NCBI GenBank assembly: GCA_963750695.1
Contig: CAVVSB010000002.1
Span: 68,047 to 132,046, forward strand
Origin: an uncultured Solirubrobacterales bacterium
GTDB taxonomy: Bacteria; Actinomycetota; Thermoleophilia; Solirubrobacterales; Solirubrobacteraceae
Direction of reading: 5' to 3'
DNA: 64,000 bases
Positions within the stretch are counted from its first letter, which is position 1. The number at the start of each line of letters is the position of its first letter. Positions 55,911-64,000 of the stretch are shown one piece after another. Below the pieces are notes generated by a model. It did no database searches and was not told where the DNA came from. It saw only the letters and a program-made list of their open reading frames with translations. A program made the position numbers and the translations under genes.

Positions 55911-57800
55911 TCAGGACTTGCGCTGGACGCGGCGCACCCTTCGGTCCCGCGAGGCGCGTCTCGCGGCCTCCGGCAGGGCCTTCGTCTGGATGAATTTGAG
56001 CGCCTGGACGTAGAGCAGGCTGGCTGGGTTGCGCACGATGTCGGCGTCCCGCAGCGACTCGAGAAACTCCTCCGGCCCGTCGAAGTCCCGCATCCGGATC
56101 CGGACTGAGCCGAGTCCCTGGGGCACGTGAGCGTCGGACCCGGCACCCGCCGGGACCCGGTACTTGGCGGCGAACCGGACTGCCTCTTCGTTGAACTCGG
56201 CGATCGCGATCCGCGGGTTGAAGACCTCGATCGCGTCGACATCGTCGAGGACGTCGAGCAGGTGCTTGTAGTCAGGGACCGAGTGCATCCGGTCGAACGG
56301 GTGCGGCACGTACACCACACCGCCCTGGCGCTTGATCTCGGCGATCGTCTCCTGGAGCGTCATGCCGCGGCGGATCTTCTCGGTGAGGAACAGGCCGATG
56401 ACCTCGCCTTGGTCAGCGGTCTTGACCTCCTCGCCGACGATCACCTTGATGCCGTTCGCCTTCGCCTGCGCCTCGACCGCGCCGGAGATCTCGTTGTGGT
56501 CGGTCACCGCGATCGCACCGAGTCCTCGGGTCCGAGCCTCGGCGAGCAGCACCTCGACCGGAGTCGCGCAGTCGTAGGAGTGGTCGGTGTGCATGTGGAG
56601 GTCGACGTCGATGAGCGGCCGTCCGGAGAGCTTGCGGCGAAGCTTCGGAACCCCGCGGCCGTCGTGGCGCCGCGCGACGAGGTCGCCGTAGACGTCCTCG
56701 AAGTCGTCGGTCAGCCGTGACCACGACAGCGTCGCCCGCAGCGGCTCGGCCGCGCTGACGAACTCTCGGTGGGTGTCGGGCTCGCGCAGCAGCCGCTCGA
56801 GGTGCGCGGCGAGCGTCTGGACGTCGCCGGGCTCGAATTCCGGCCCATAGCGTCCCTCGGAGAGGAGCTCCTCGTACGGGGCGAGGCGGGACGTGACCGG
56901 GACGGCCTGTGCGGCGAGCGCCCGCACGAGTGTGCCCGGTGTCGCGCGGACGCCCTCGGAGGCGAGCACAACGATGCCAGCGGCCGCGATCGCGTCGCCT
57001 TCGGACATCTGTGAGGCGTCAACGAATCGCACCCGGTCGCGGAGCGCTCGGCCGAGCGTCGCCGGCGCGGCGAGCGGCCGGGACGACCACACCGTGGCGT
57101 GCCATTCAAGCTCCACCGGGAGCAGTCGCAGCGCGCGCAGGAACGTCCGCAGCGCGGCCCGCTCCTCCCGCGCGATCATCACCAGCTCGGTGCTGTCGCC
57201 GTCCGTCCGTTCGGGCTCGTCGGCCGCCGGAAGGATCACGCGGTAGTCGGCCGGGAAGAACCGCTGCATCAGCTCCCGCGTCGCGTGGTAGCTCGCGGTT
57301 CGGGCATCGAGTCGCCCGAACAGCAGTCGCGAAAGACCACGTGCGAGCTGCGTCGACAGGATCCGCTCGGTCGGTGCGTGGAACGTGCCGACGTTCAGCG
57401 CGCGCGAGTGGCGCAGGGCGATGCTCGAAGCGCTCGGTGCGAACGGCTCGTGCACATGGACGAGATCGAGCGCCAGATCGGTGAGCGCGTCCTCGATCGT
57501 CCTCGCGACGTCGACGGGGAGCGACGCCGTCCGCCGCTTCGTCGGCGAGAAGGGAAGCACCTCCCCGACGCCGAGCACGACGGGACCGTTCTCGGCGCGT
57601 GTGAGCAGTGCGTCCGGTGAGCTTCGCAGCGCCCGCCGCGTTTCGCGGACGAGCTCGCCGGACTCAGACGGCGCCACGATGAGGACGCGGTGACCGCGCC
57701 GCGCGAGCTCGTCGGAGACTCGCGCGACGTAGTGGTTCACCTCGTTCGTCGCCTCCCAGGCGAAGGGGGTCACCTGGGCGATCGCGAGCGCGCCGGGCAC
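55911..57800 (-). CDS. Fusion of a PimA-like GT4 domain (degenerate) and a PHP phosphoesterase domain
   Basis: AQVTPF, RGHRV, VHVHEPFAPS and VGTFH (PimA-like); DLHMHT, TDHN, GEEV, PHPFD and GSDAH (PHP); GTG 57800 with a TATCCT -10 box 7 nt upstream. Confidence 0.85.
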   Translation of the reverse strand: MPGALAIAQVTPFAWEATNEVNHYVARVSDELARRGHRVLIVAPSESGELVRETRRALRSSPDALLTRAENGPVVLGVGEVLPFSPTKRRTASLPVDVARTIEDALTDLALDLVHVHEPFAPSASSIALRHSRALNVGTFHAPTERILSTQLARGLSRLLFGRLDARTASYHATRELMQRFFPADYRVILPAADEPERTDGDSTELVMIAREERAALRTFLRALRLLPVELEWHATVWSSRPLAAPATLGRALRDRVRFVDASQMSEGDAIAAAGIVVLASEGVRATPGTLVRALAAQAVPVTSRLAPYEELLSEGRYGPEFEPGDVQTLAAHLERLLREPDTHREFVSAAEPLRATLSWSRLTDDFEDVYGDLVARRHDGRGVPKLRRKLSGRPLIDVDLHMHTDHSYDCATPVEVLLAEARTRGLGAIAVTDHNEISGAVEAQAKANGIKVIVGEEVKTADQGEVIGLFLTEKIRRGMTLQETIAEIKRQGGVVYVPHPFDRMHSVPDYKHLLDVLDDVDAIEVFNPRIAIAEFNEEAVRFAAKYRVPAGAGSDAHVPQGLGSVRIRMRDFDGPEEFLESLRDADIVRNPASLLYVQALKFIQTKALPEAARRASRDRRVRRVQRKS

Positions 57801-57823
57801 GGCGCGGAGGATAGAGCGCGCGG

Positions 57824-59002
57824 CTACTTCGCCGCGCTCGCGCTCTTCTTCTTTGCCGGGCTCGCCTTCACCGGCTTCTTGCGCGCGTACTTGGCGATGA
57901 ACGCCTCGGTCTGCTCGCGCGCCTCGTCGTCGGGACGCTGGTGCATCGGAGACTTCATCAGGTACGAGCTGGGACCGTCGAGCTGGCCGGAGAGGCCGTT
58001 GTCGAGCGCGAGCTTCACAATCCGCGTTGCGTCGATCACGATGCCGGCCGAGTTCGGGGAGTCCCACACCTCGAGCTTGAGCTCGGCGGTCAGCGGTACG
58101 TCGCCGAACGCCTGGCCCTCGAGGCGGATGTGCGCCCACTTGCGGTCGGTCAGCCACGGCACGTAGTCCGACGGACCGACGTGAACGTCGTCAGCGGGCA
58201 GGGTGTGCCCCATGATCGACGTGACGGCGTTCGTCTTGGAGATCTTCTTCGACTCCAGCCGCTCGCGCTCGAGCATGTTGTAGAAGTCCATGTTGCCGCC
58301 GACGTTGAGCTGCGAGGTCCGCATCAGCTTCACGCCGCGGTCATGGAAGAGGCGCGCCAGCGAGCGGTGCACGATGGTTGCGCCAACCTGCGACTTGATG
58401 TCGTCGCCGATGATCGGGAGCTTGGCCTTCTTGAAGCGCTTGCTCCAGTAGTCCTCGCGGGCGATGAATACGGGGATGCAATTGACGAAGCCGCAGCCGG
58501 CCTCGAGCACCTGCTCGACGTACCACTTCGTCGCCTGCTCAGAGCCGACGGGCAGGTAGGAGACGACGACGTCGGTGCGCGTGTCCTTGAGGATTTGGAC
58601 GATGTCGGCCGTCGGGCCGGGGGCCTTCTTGATCTTCTGGCTCAGGTACTTGCCGAGCCCGTCATGCGTCATCCCGCGCTGAACCTCGACGCCGAGCTTC
58701 GAGATGTCGCCGCCGAGCTTGAGCGTGTTGTTCTGACCGGAGAAGATCGCCTCTGACAAGTCCTTGCCGACCTTGTCGGCGTCGATGTCGAACGCGGCGC
58801 TGAACTCGATGTCCCGCACGTGGTAGCCGCCGAGATCGACGTGCATGAGGCCCGGCACAGAGTCGCGCGGATCAGCGTCCTTGTAGTACTGAACGCCCTG
58901 CACAAACGAGCTGGCGCAGTTGCCGACGCCGATGATCGCGACACGGACCTTGTCCGCCTGATAGCGCGCGGCGCCGTTGGTGGAACCGTTGGTGGTGGTC
59001 AC
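57824..59002 (-). CDS. ino1: myo-Inositol-1(3)-phosphate synthase
   Basis: [45 protein letters not shown] and DSPNSAG. Confidence 0.96.
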   Translation of the reverse strand: MTTTNGSTNGAARYQADKVRVAIIGVGNCASSFVQGVQYYKDADPRDSVPGLMHVDLGGYHVRDIEFSAAFDIDADKVGKDLSEAIFSGQNNTLKLGGDISKLGVEVQRGMTHDGLGKYLSQKIKKAPGPTADIVQILKDTRTDVVVSYLPVGSEQATKWYVEQVLEAGCGFVNCIPVFIAREDYWSKRFKKAKLPIIGDDIKSQVGATIVHRSLARLFHDRGVKLMRTSQLNVGGNMDFYNMLERERLESKKISKTNAVTSIMGHTLPADDVHVGPSDYVPWLTDRKWAHIRLEGQAFGDVPLTAELKLEVWDSPNSAGIVIDATRIVKLALDNGLSGQLDGPSSYLMKSPMHQRPDDEAREQTEAFIAKYARKKPVKASPAKKKSASAAK

Positions 59003-59092
59003 GAGGAAGTTCCCTTCTTGAAAGATTGAGTCTGCGCGACTTCGGTCACGGCGCAGACGACCTATTTAGGCTTTCTGGCGCGTTTTGTTACA

Positions 59093-59734
59093 TCACGCCG
59101 TGGCGTTCAGCTGATTGCGCACATAGGCGATCCGCTGAATCGTCGTCAAGAGCGTGAGCCCGGCGAGGACATACACCGCCGGGGCGAGCAACTCAAAGTG
59201 CCCGATCGAGGCGCCCTTTGCGAACACGAGCCCGATCGACAGGATCACGACGCGCACGGGCCGGGTCGCGAGACCGACCTTACACGCGACCCCGAGTGCC
59301 TCCGCGCGGGCCCGGGTGTAGGACACCATCAGGCTGAACAGAACCGCGGCGACGACTGCGGCGACCGCGACCTGGTTGTGGCGTGAGGCGAAGTACGCGC
59401 CGACCGCGGTGAGCACGATGCCCTCCTCGAGGCGGTCGAGCGTCGAGTCGAGGAACGCGCCGAACGGGGTCCCCTTGCCCGACATCCGGGAGTAGCGGCC
59501 GTCGAGCGTGTCCATGATCGACCCGACGATGAACGCAATCCCGGCGAGGAAGAACAGGCGGCCGACGACGAGCGCGGCGGCAGCGATGTTGAGCGCGAAG
59601 CCGGTCAGCGAGATCGCGTTCGGCGTGAGCCGGGACTCGATCAGCCGCTCGCGCATCAGTTCCTGCGTCGTTGGCCCCTCGCCACGCCTGCGCGCGCCTC
59701 GGTTCCGAGTCCGCGCCTCGGTTCGGTCTGGCAT
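59093..59734 (-). CDS. pgsA: CDP-alcohol phosphatidyltransferase, probably phosphatidylinositol-phosphate synthase
   Basis: TPNAIS, DTLDGRYSR...GAFLDSTLDR, SYTRARAE and G..TRPVR; adjacent to ino1. Confidence 0.88.
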   Translation of the reverse strand: MPDRTEARTRNRGARRRGEGPTTQELMRERLIESRLTPNAISLTGFALNIAAAALVVGRLFFLAGIAFIVGSIMDTLDGRYSRMSGKGTPFGAFLDSTLDRLEEGIVLTAVGAYFASRHNQVAVAAVVAAVLFSLMVSYTRARAEALGVACKVGLATRPVRVVILSIGLVFAKGASIGHFELLAPAVYVLAGLTLLTTIQRIAYVRNQLNATA

Positions 59735-59740
59735 TCGTGC

Positions 59741-60538
59741 TTAGGCGGTCGCTGGGTGGAAGGCTCGTGCCGGCCGGAAGGCCCAGGCGTCAGGACGCGC
59801 GCGTGCGAGCAGCCGGCTCGCGATCAGCCACGAGGCGCCGGCGGTCAGCGCGCCGAGGAACACGTCGGTGAGGTAGTGGTTGCCGGTCGCGACGACCACG
59901 AAGGTGATCAGCAGTGGGTACAGCCGCCACGCGACCCGGGCTGGCCGGCGTCTCGTCAGCCGGGCCATCGGGATCCCGACCATCAGTGCGAAGCACACGT
60001 GCATCGAGGGTACGGCGGCGTACAGGTTGATGAGCGCGCTCGAGGCACCCTTCTCGACCGTGATCCCGGTGAACTGCTGGATCGAATCGGTGAAGCCCCA
60101 CTCCGGCATCAGCCGCGGCGGTGCGGTCGGGTACAGCGCGTAGCCGACGAGCGCAAGGGCCATCGCGATCATGAAGACGTTGCGCACGAAGTAGAACGAG
60201 TCGTTGCGGCGGAAGTAGATGAACAGCAGCGCCCCGAGCGTGACGAAGTAGTGGGCGTTCAGGTAGGTCCAGGAGGCGATGTCCATCAACCAGTGACGGC
60301 CGGCCACCCACGCCTGGATGCTGGGCTCGGCGAATACATGCAGCAGCCGCTCGAGGTGGATGATCTTGGTGGCGTCGCCGAACGGCTTGTAGCCAGGGCT
60401 GTACGCATTGCCGTAGACGACCGCGCGCACGAGCTCATAGAGCATGTATGCGCCCGCGCCGAGCAGGACCTGGCGAAACGCGTCCTTCCAGCCCCGCGGC
60501 AACACTTTCGTGCCGATCTGGTCGATTCGGCGTCGCAT
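59741..60538 (-). CDS. PAP2-superfamily membrane enzyme, AUR1/inositol-phosphoceramide-synthase-like
   Basis: YPTAPPR, AAVPSMH (C2) and ATGNHYLTD (C3); 6 TMs; ATG 60538 with GAGG RBS. Confidence 0.82.
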   Translation of the reverse strand: MRRRIDQIGTKVLPRGWKDAFRQVLLGAGAYMLYELVRAVVYGNAYSPGYKPFGDATKIIHLERLLHVFAEPSIQAWVAGRHWLMDIASWTYLNAHYFVTLGALLFIYFRRNDSFYFVRNVFMIAMALALVGYALYPTAPPRLMPEWGFTDSIQQFTGITVEKGASSALINLYAAVPSMHVCFALMVGIPMARLTRRRPARVAWRLYPLLITFVVVATGNHYLTDVFLGALTAGASWLIASRLLARARPDAWAFRPARAFHPATA

Positions 60539-60615
60539 CCGCCTCTGATCGTAACTCACGTCGTGTTGATGCTCAGTAAGCGTCCGCACTTAACGCCCGG
60601 TTTTGGCGGATCCGG

Positions 60616-62193
60616 TCAGCTACAGCGCTCCGACCGCGCCCCGATGCGGTCAAATGCGAAGGCGATCGCCAGGCGCACGCGCTCGGGCCTCGGCACCGTG
60701 ATCGCGGTGAATTCGCCGCCGGGCGCGACGCAGCCGGCTCCGCGTTCGATCGACCAGTACGGCGTGAAACGCACGCGCACGAACAGCGTGCCCGCCCGGT
60801 GGGCCTCGATCGTGAGGTCGTCGGGCCCGAGGCCGGTCAGTGTCGCCGGTCCCTGAACGATCGGTGTCGGCTGCTCGACGGCGTACACGCGCCAGTGCTG
60901 GGAGCGCATCACGAGCTTGAGGTAGGGCAGCCCACCGCGGACAAGTGCCGTTTCCTTCTCCGCCGAGAAGTCGAGGCGGGCATCGGAGATCGCGACGAAC
61001 CGCACCGCGAGCGAGTGCAGCCACGCCTCGTACGTCCGCGCATTGAGCGTGCCGTCGTAGAACAGGTGGTTGTACTTGATGTCGAGCTGACGCTCCCAGC
61101 CCCGCGCGAGGGGGAAGTAGGGCGCGACGTCGTACGTCTCCCAGTGGAACTTGGTGAACGGGATCTCGATCCGGAAGGGCGGTCCGGTCTGACGGCGCAG
61201 AAACGCGAGCAGCGGGTCGTAGTACGAGGCCTGTACCGACGGGTCGTTGGCCGAGCGGTTCACGTCACGGACGGGCGCCTGCCACTGCACGTACGCGAGG
61301 GGCAGTACCGCCGCAAGCAGCCAGCGGGGATGACGGCGCCACCAGAGCAGCGCGGCCAGGGGACCGCCGATGAGCGCGGCGAGCCGGGCGGCGTTGCTCC
61401 CAACCGGGCTTGAGAGTGCGTAGGCCGCGAGTGTGCCGAGGCCGTACAGGAGGACTCCGATCCGAAGCGCGAGCTCTTCCTTGGGGAGCGCGAAGAACGT
61501 CGCCGCCGAGATCACGATGACCGGCCACAGGGTCGCGAACGTGAACGGCTCGCTGCCGCCCTCCGGAAACGCGACCACGAGTAGGGCGACGGGGAGCAGC
61601 GCACCGACGACGACCGCTGCACCGGGGAGCGCGGCCCTGATGCGGCGCTCGGTGATGAGCTTGGCGAGCGCGACCGCCGCGCCGCCGAGGGCGGCGAAGA
61701 GGGCTGCGACCGGGCTCGCGAGTGCGGCGAGGACGGCGCCGATGGTGGCGAGGACGGGTTGTCGGCGCCTCAGCGCGACCATCGCCGCCATTGCCGGCAG
61801 CATCCCGAACGCGAACGCGAGTCGGCCGGTGAACAGGTTGCTCGCAGTTGCGGCGCCGAACCACACCGACCCGAGCCACGCATCGGGGCCGAAGTGCTCG
61901 TACGCGAGCAGCTCGAACAGCGCCGCCGTCGCGACGCATGCGAGTCCGGCGGCCAGCTGGGGCGAGAGGGCGGCCTCGATCGGTGGGAACAGGACGCTGT
62001 AGCCGAGCGTGTGGTGCCCGGCGTACCACCAGTTGTTCCACAGCCCGAAGCCCTCGGCTCGGAACAGCTTGGCGCGCAGCAGATGCGCCGCGAGATCGAA
62101 GCTCGGCGGCGAGACGATCACGTACACCGTCGCCAGCACCGCGGCCACGATCGTCGGGGCCGCGCGCTTGAGGTTGATGCGACGGCCTCTCAC
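60616..62193 (-). CDS. Multi-pass membrane protein, GT-C-like (putative glycolipid glycosyltransferase)
   Basis: About 11 TMs; first-loop DLAAHLLRA...WNNWWY.GH; GR..FA; soluble RIEIP...RGWERQLD region; GTGA overlap with the upstream hydrolase. Confidence 0.55.
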   Translation of the reverse strand: MRGRRINLKRAAPTIVAAVLATVYVIVSPPSFDLAAHLLRAKLFRAEGFGLWNNWWYAGHHTLGYSVLFPPIEAALSPQLAAGLACVATAALFELLAYEHFGPDAWLGSVWFGAATASNLFTGRLAFAFGMLPAMAAMVALRRRQPVLATIGAVLAALASPVAALFAALGGAAVALAKLITERRIRAALPGAAVVVGALLPVALLVVAFPEGGSEPFTFATLWPVIVISAATFFALPKEELALRIGVLLYGLGTLAAYALSSPVGSNAARLAALIGGPLAALLWWRRHPRWLLAAVLPLAYVQWQAPVRDVNRSANDPSVQASYYDPLLAFLRRQTGPPFRIEIPFTKFHWETYDVAPYFPLARGWERQLDIKYNHLFYDGTLNARTYEAWLHSLAVRFVAISDARLDFSAEKETALVRGGLPYLKLVMRSQHWRVYAVEQPTPIVQGPATLTGLGPDDLTIEAHRAGTLFVRVRFTPYWSIERGAGCVAPGGEFTAITVPRPERVRLAIAFAFDRIGARSERCS

Positions 62194-62996
62194 CGCAGGA
62201 AGTCTTCGATCGCATGGGCGGCCCCCGGGTCATCGAGCCAGGGCCAGTGGCCGGCCGCGGGGAATCGCGCGACGGTGGCGTCCGGAAGGCGCGTGGCGAG
62301 CTCGTCGATGTCCCGGGCGTCGCGCCATGGGTCGTGCTCGCCGACGACGATCAAGGTCGGTTGTGTCACCTCGTCAAGGGCGGCGGTGGCGCTCACGAGC
62401 AGCGAGGTGTCGGTGGCGCGGTGCAGGCGGAGCGTCGCCCGCTGGGTGCCCTGATCGAACTGTTCCCACAATGGGTCGACGCGGGCCTTGGGCCATGTTT
62501 CCGGCGTCGCACTCGCGCGCCGCAGTTCCCGTGCGAACAGGGCCCTCGTCGTCGACCCCATCGCAAGCTCGCCGACGACCGGGCGCCGCCAGGTGCGGGC
62601 GAGGCGGTGCCAGTGCACGGTCGGCAGCGGCGCCAGGGGGTTGCAGAGCGCGATCCTGTCGATCCGCTCCGGGTGACGCTCGGCGAGCGTCAGGGCGACG
62701 GCGGCACCCCAATCATGGGCGACGAGCTTCACGTTCTCGACGCCGAGCTCGTCCAGAAACTCGATGACGAAGTCGCTTAGGCCGCTGAGCGAGTAGTCGA
62801 GGTGGCCACCCTTGCCGCTGCGGCCGAAGCCGATCAGGTCAGGGGCCAGCCCGCCCGTTCGCTCGAGCAGCTCGCTCCAGTCATCGGAGCTGGTCGGGAT
62901 CCCGTGGAGGTACAGCGGCGGTGGATCGGCGACGGGAGCGCTGCGATAGAAGACGGGCGATTGGTCGAGAGTGATCGTGTGCTCATCGACGCGCAC
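62190..62996 (-). CDS. Alpha/beta hydrolase (epoxide hydrolase/dehalogenase-type, Asp nucleophile)
   Basis: LHGIPTSS, PDLIGFGRS, AHDWG and AGHWP. Confidence 0.88.
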   Translation of the reverse strand: MRVDEHTITLDQSPVFYRSAPVADPPPLYLHGIPTSSDDWSELLERTGGLAPDLIGFGRSGKGGHLDYSLSGLSDFVIEFLDELGVENVKLVAHDWGAAVALTLAERHPERIDRIALCNPLAPLPTVHWHRLARTWRRPVVGELAMGSTTRALFARELRRASATPETWPKARVDPLWEQFDQGTQRATLRLHRATDTSLLVSATAALDEVTQPTLIVVGEHDPWRDARDIDELATRLPDATVARFPAAGHWPWLDDPGAAHAIEDFLR

Positions 62997-63005
62997 GCGG
63001 CGGCG

Positions 63006-63015
63006 AGGATAACGT
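63006..63015. promoter_or_regulatory. Bidirectional overlapping -10 elements (TATCCT on -, TAACGT on +)
   Basis: AGGATAACGT lies in a 26-bp divergent gap, 9 nt from GTG 62996 (-) and 7 nt from GTG 63023 (+). Confidence 0.55.
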
Positions 63016-63022
63016 CCCGGCC

Positions 63023-63928
63023 GTGTCCGGCCGAACCCTGTGCATCGGTGATGCGCTCGTCGATCTCATCTGCGAGCGGCCGATTCGTACGCTCGGCGAG
63101 GCCGACGCGTTCGTCCCGCACTTCGGCGGCGTCGTCGCGAACGTGGCCTACGCGGCGTCGCAGGCCGGCGCGCAGGTGGCGATTCTCGGCGGTGTCGGCG
63201 ATGACCCATGGGGCCGCTGGCTCTGCTCGCGGCTGGGGGCGGCCGGCGTCGATCTGTCCCGCTTCATGTTGCTCGCGGGCCGTCAGACCCCGGTGGCGTT
63301 CGTCACCGTCGACGAGCTTGGTGAGGCGACATACGTCGTCTACGGCGCCGACCTCGGGTCGGTGACGTACCTCCGGGACGTTGATCTCGAGCAGGCGGTT
63401 GAGGGTTCGGCGGCGCTGTTCATCACGACGAACACGTTGGTGGACGAAGCCGAGCGGGCGGTGACGATGCGGGCGCGGGAGTTGGCGCTGAGGTTGGAGC
63501 GACCGGTGATCTTCGATCCGAACCTGCGGCTGCACCGCTGGAGCTCCGCGTCCGAGGCGGCAGCGAGTGCGAACGCGTGCCTGCCGGGGGCTCTGTTGGT
63601 TCGCTGCAACGCGAATGAGGCATTGATCATGACCGGGGAGGACGACCCGGAACGCGCGGCCCTGTCGCTGCTGAAGGCGGGCGCGCACCTCGTCGTGATC
63701 ACGCTCGGCGCCGACGGGGCGATCCTCCGTGGAGAGCTCCGGGCGGATGTCGACGCGGTGACGCCGGCGCGAGTTGTGAGCACGATCGGGGCGGGCGACG
63801 TGCTGATGGGCGTGCTGCTGGAACGGCTTGCCGCGACCGGGTTCTATCCGTCCGCGGTCGCGGCCGGCCTGCGTGACGCGGTCGCCGCCGCGGCGCGGGC
63901 GTGTGAGCGGTGGGGGGCCGTTGAGTAG
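63023..63928 (+). CDS. PfkB family carbohydrate kinase
   Basis: GDALVD, GGVVANVA, VGDDPWG, FDPNLR, ITLGADG and STIGAGD. Confidence 0.9.
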   Translation: MSGRTLCIGDALVDLICERPIRTLGEADAFVPHFGGVVANVAYAASQAGAQVAILGGVGDDPWGRWLCSRLGAAGVDLSRFMLLAGRQTPVAFVTVDELGEATYVVYGADLGSVTYLRDVDLEQAVEGSAALFITTNTLVDEAERAVTMRARELALRLERPVIFDPNLRLHRWSSASEAAASANACLPGALLVRCNANEALIMTGEDDPERAALSLLKAGAHLVVITLGADGAILRGELRADVDAVTPARVVSTIGAGDVLMGVLLERLAATGFYPSAVAAGLRDAVAAAARACERWGAVE

Positions 63929-64000
63929 CGCGGCTGCGACGTGGTCGCGCCCGCCGGCCCGGCGGGTCCGGGCGATCCGGGACCGGCTGCGGCTCGTTTA

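Noticed and set aside
57801-58157. N-terminal extension of the GT4-PHP ORF (748 aa in the track)
   Set aside because: It overlaps ino1 in another frame. GT similarity begins at GTG 57800, which has its own -10 box.

Overview
This is about 70% GC chromosomal DNA from an actinobacterium, most likely Thermoleophilia/Solirubrobacterales (inferred from gene content and widespread leaderless starts; not verified by search). It holds about 58 protein-coding genes or remnants. Main blocks: ddl and a Ser/Thr kinase; a large surface-polysaccharide locus (4.9-19.4 kb) with an embedded phosphosulfolactate synthase (comA) and histidine phosphatase; an ECF sigma factor fused to a zinc finger and a Gly/Thr tail; a degraded 22.6-25.1 kb stretch with two gene remnants and palindromic repeats; a lipid-linked-sugar (DPM-like GT2/GtrA/GT-C) module; an orphan DNA methyltransferase; a GT39-esterase-beta-propeller-SCO run; lpdA with a stand-alone divergent E2 core; a TPP-riboswitch thiOSG operon with divergent thiE; argF; rlmD. 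The last block, on the minus strand at 55-63 kb, is an inositol-lipid cluster and the best candidate for an undescribed system. It encodes an alpha/beta hydrolase, a GT-C-like membrane protein, an AUR1/IPC-synthase-like PAP2 protein, PIP synthase, ino1, a catalytically degenerate PimA-like GT4 fused to an intact PHP phosphoesterase, and a pseudo-uracil-DNA glycosylase. I saw no tRNA, rRNA, CRISPR array, transposase, integrase or prophage. All protein assignments come from motif recognition by eye, with no database searches.
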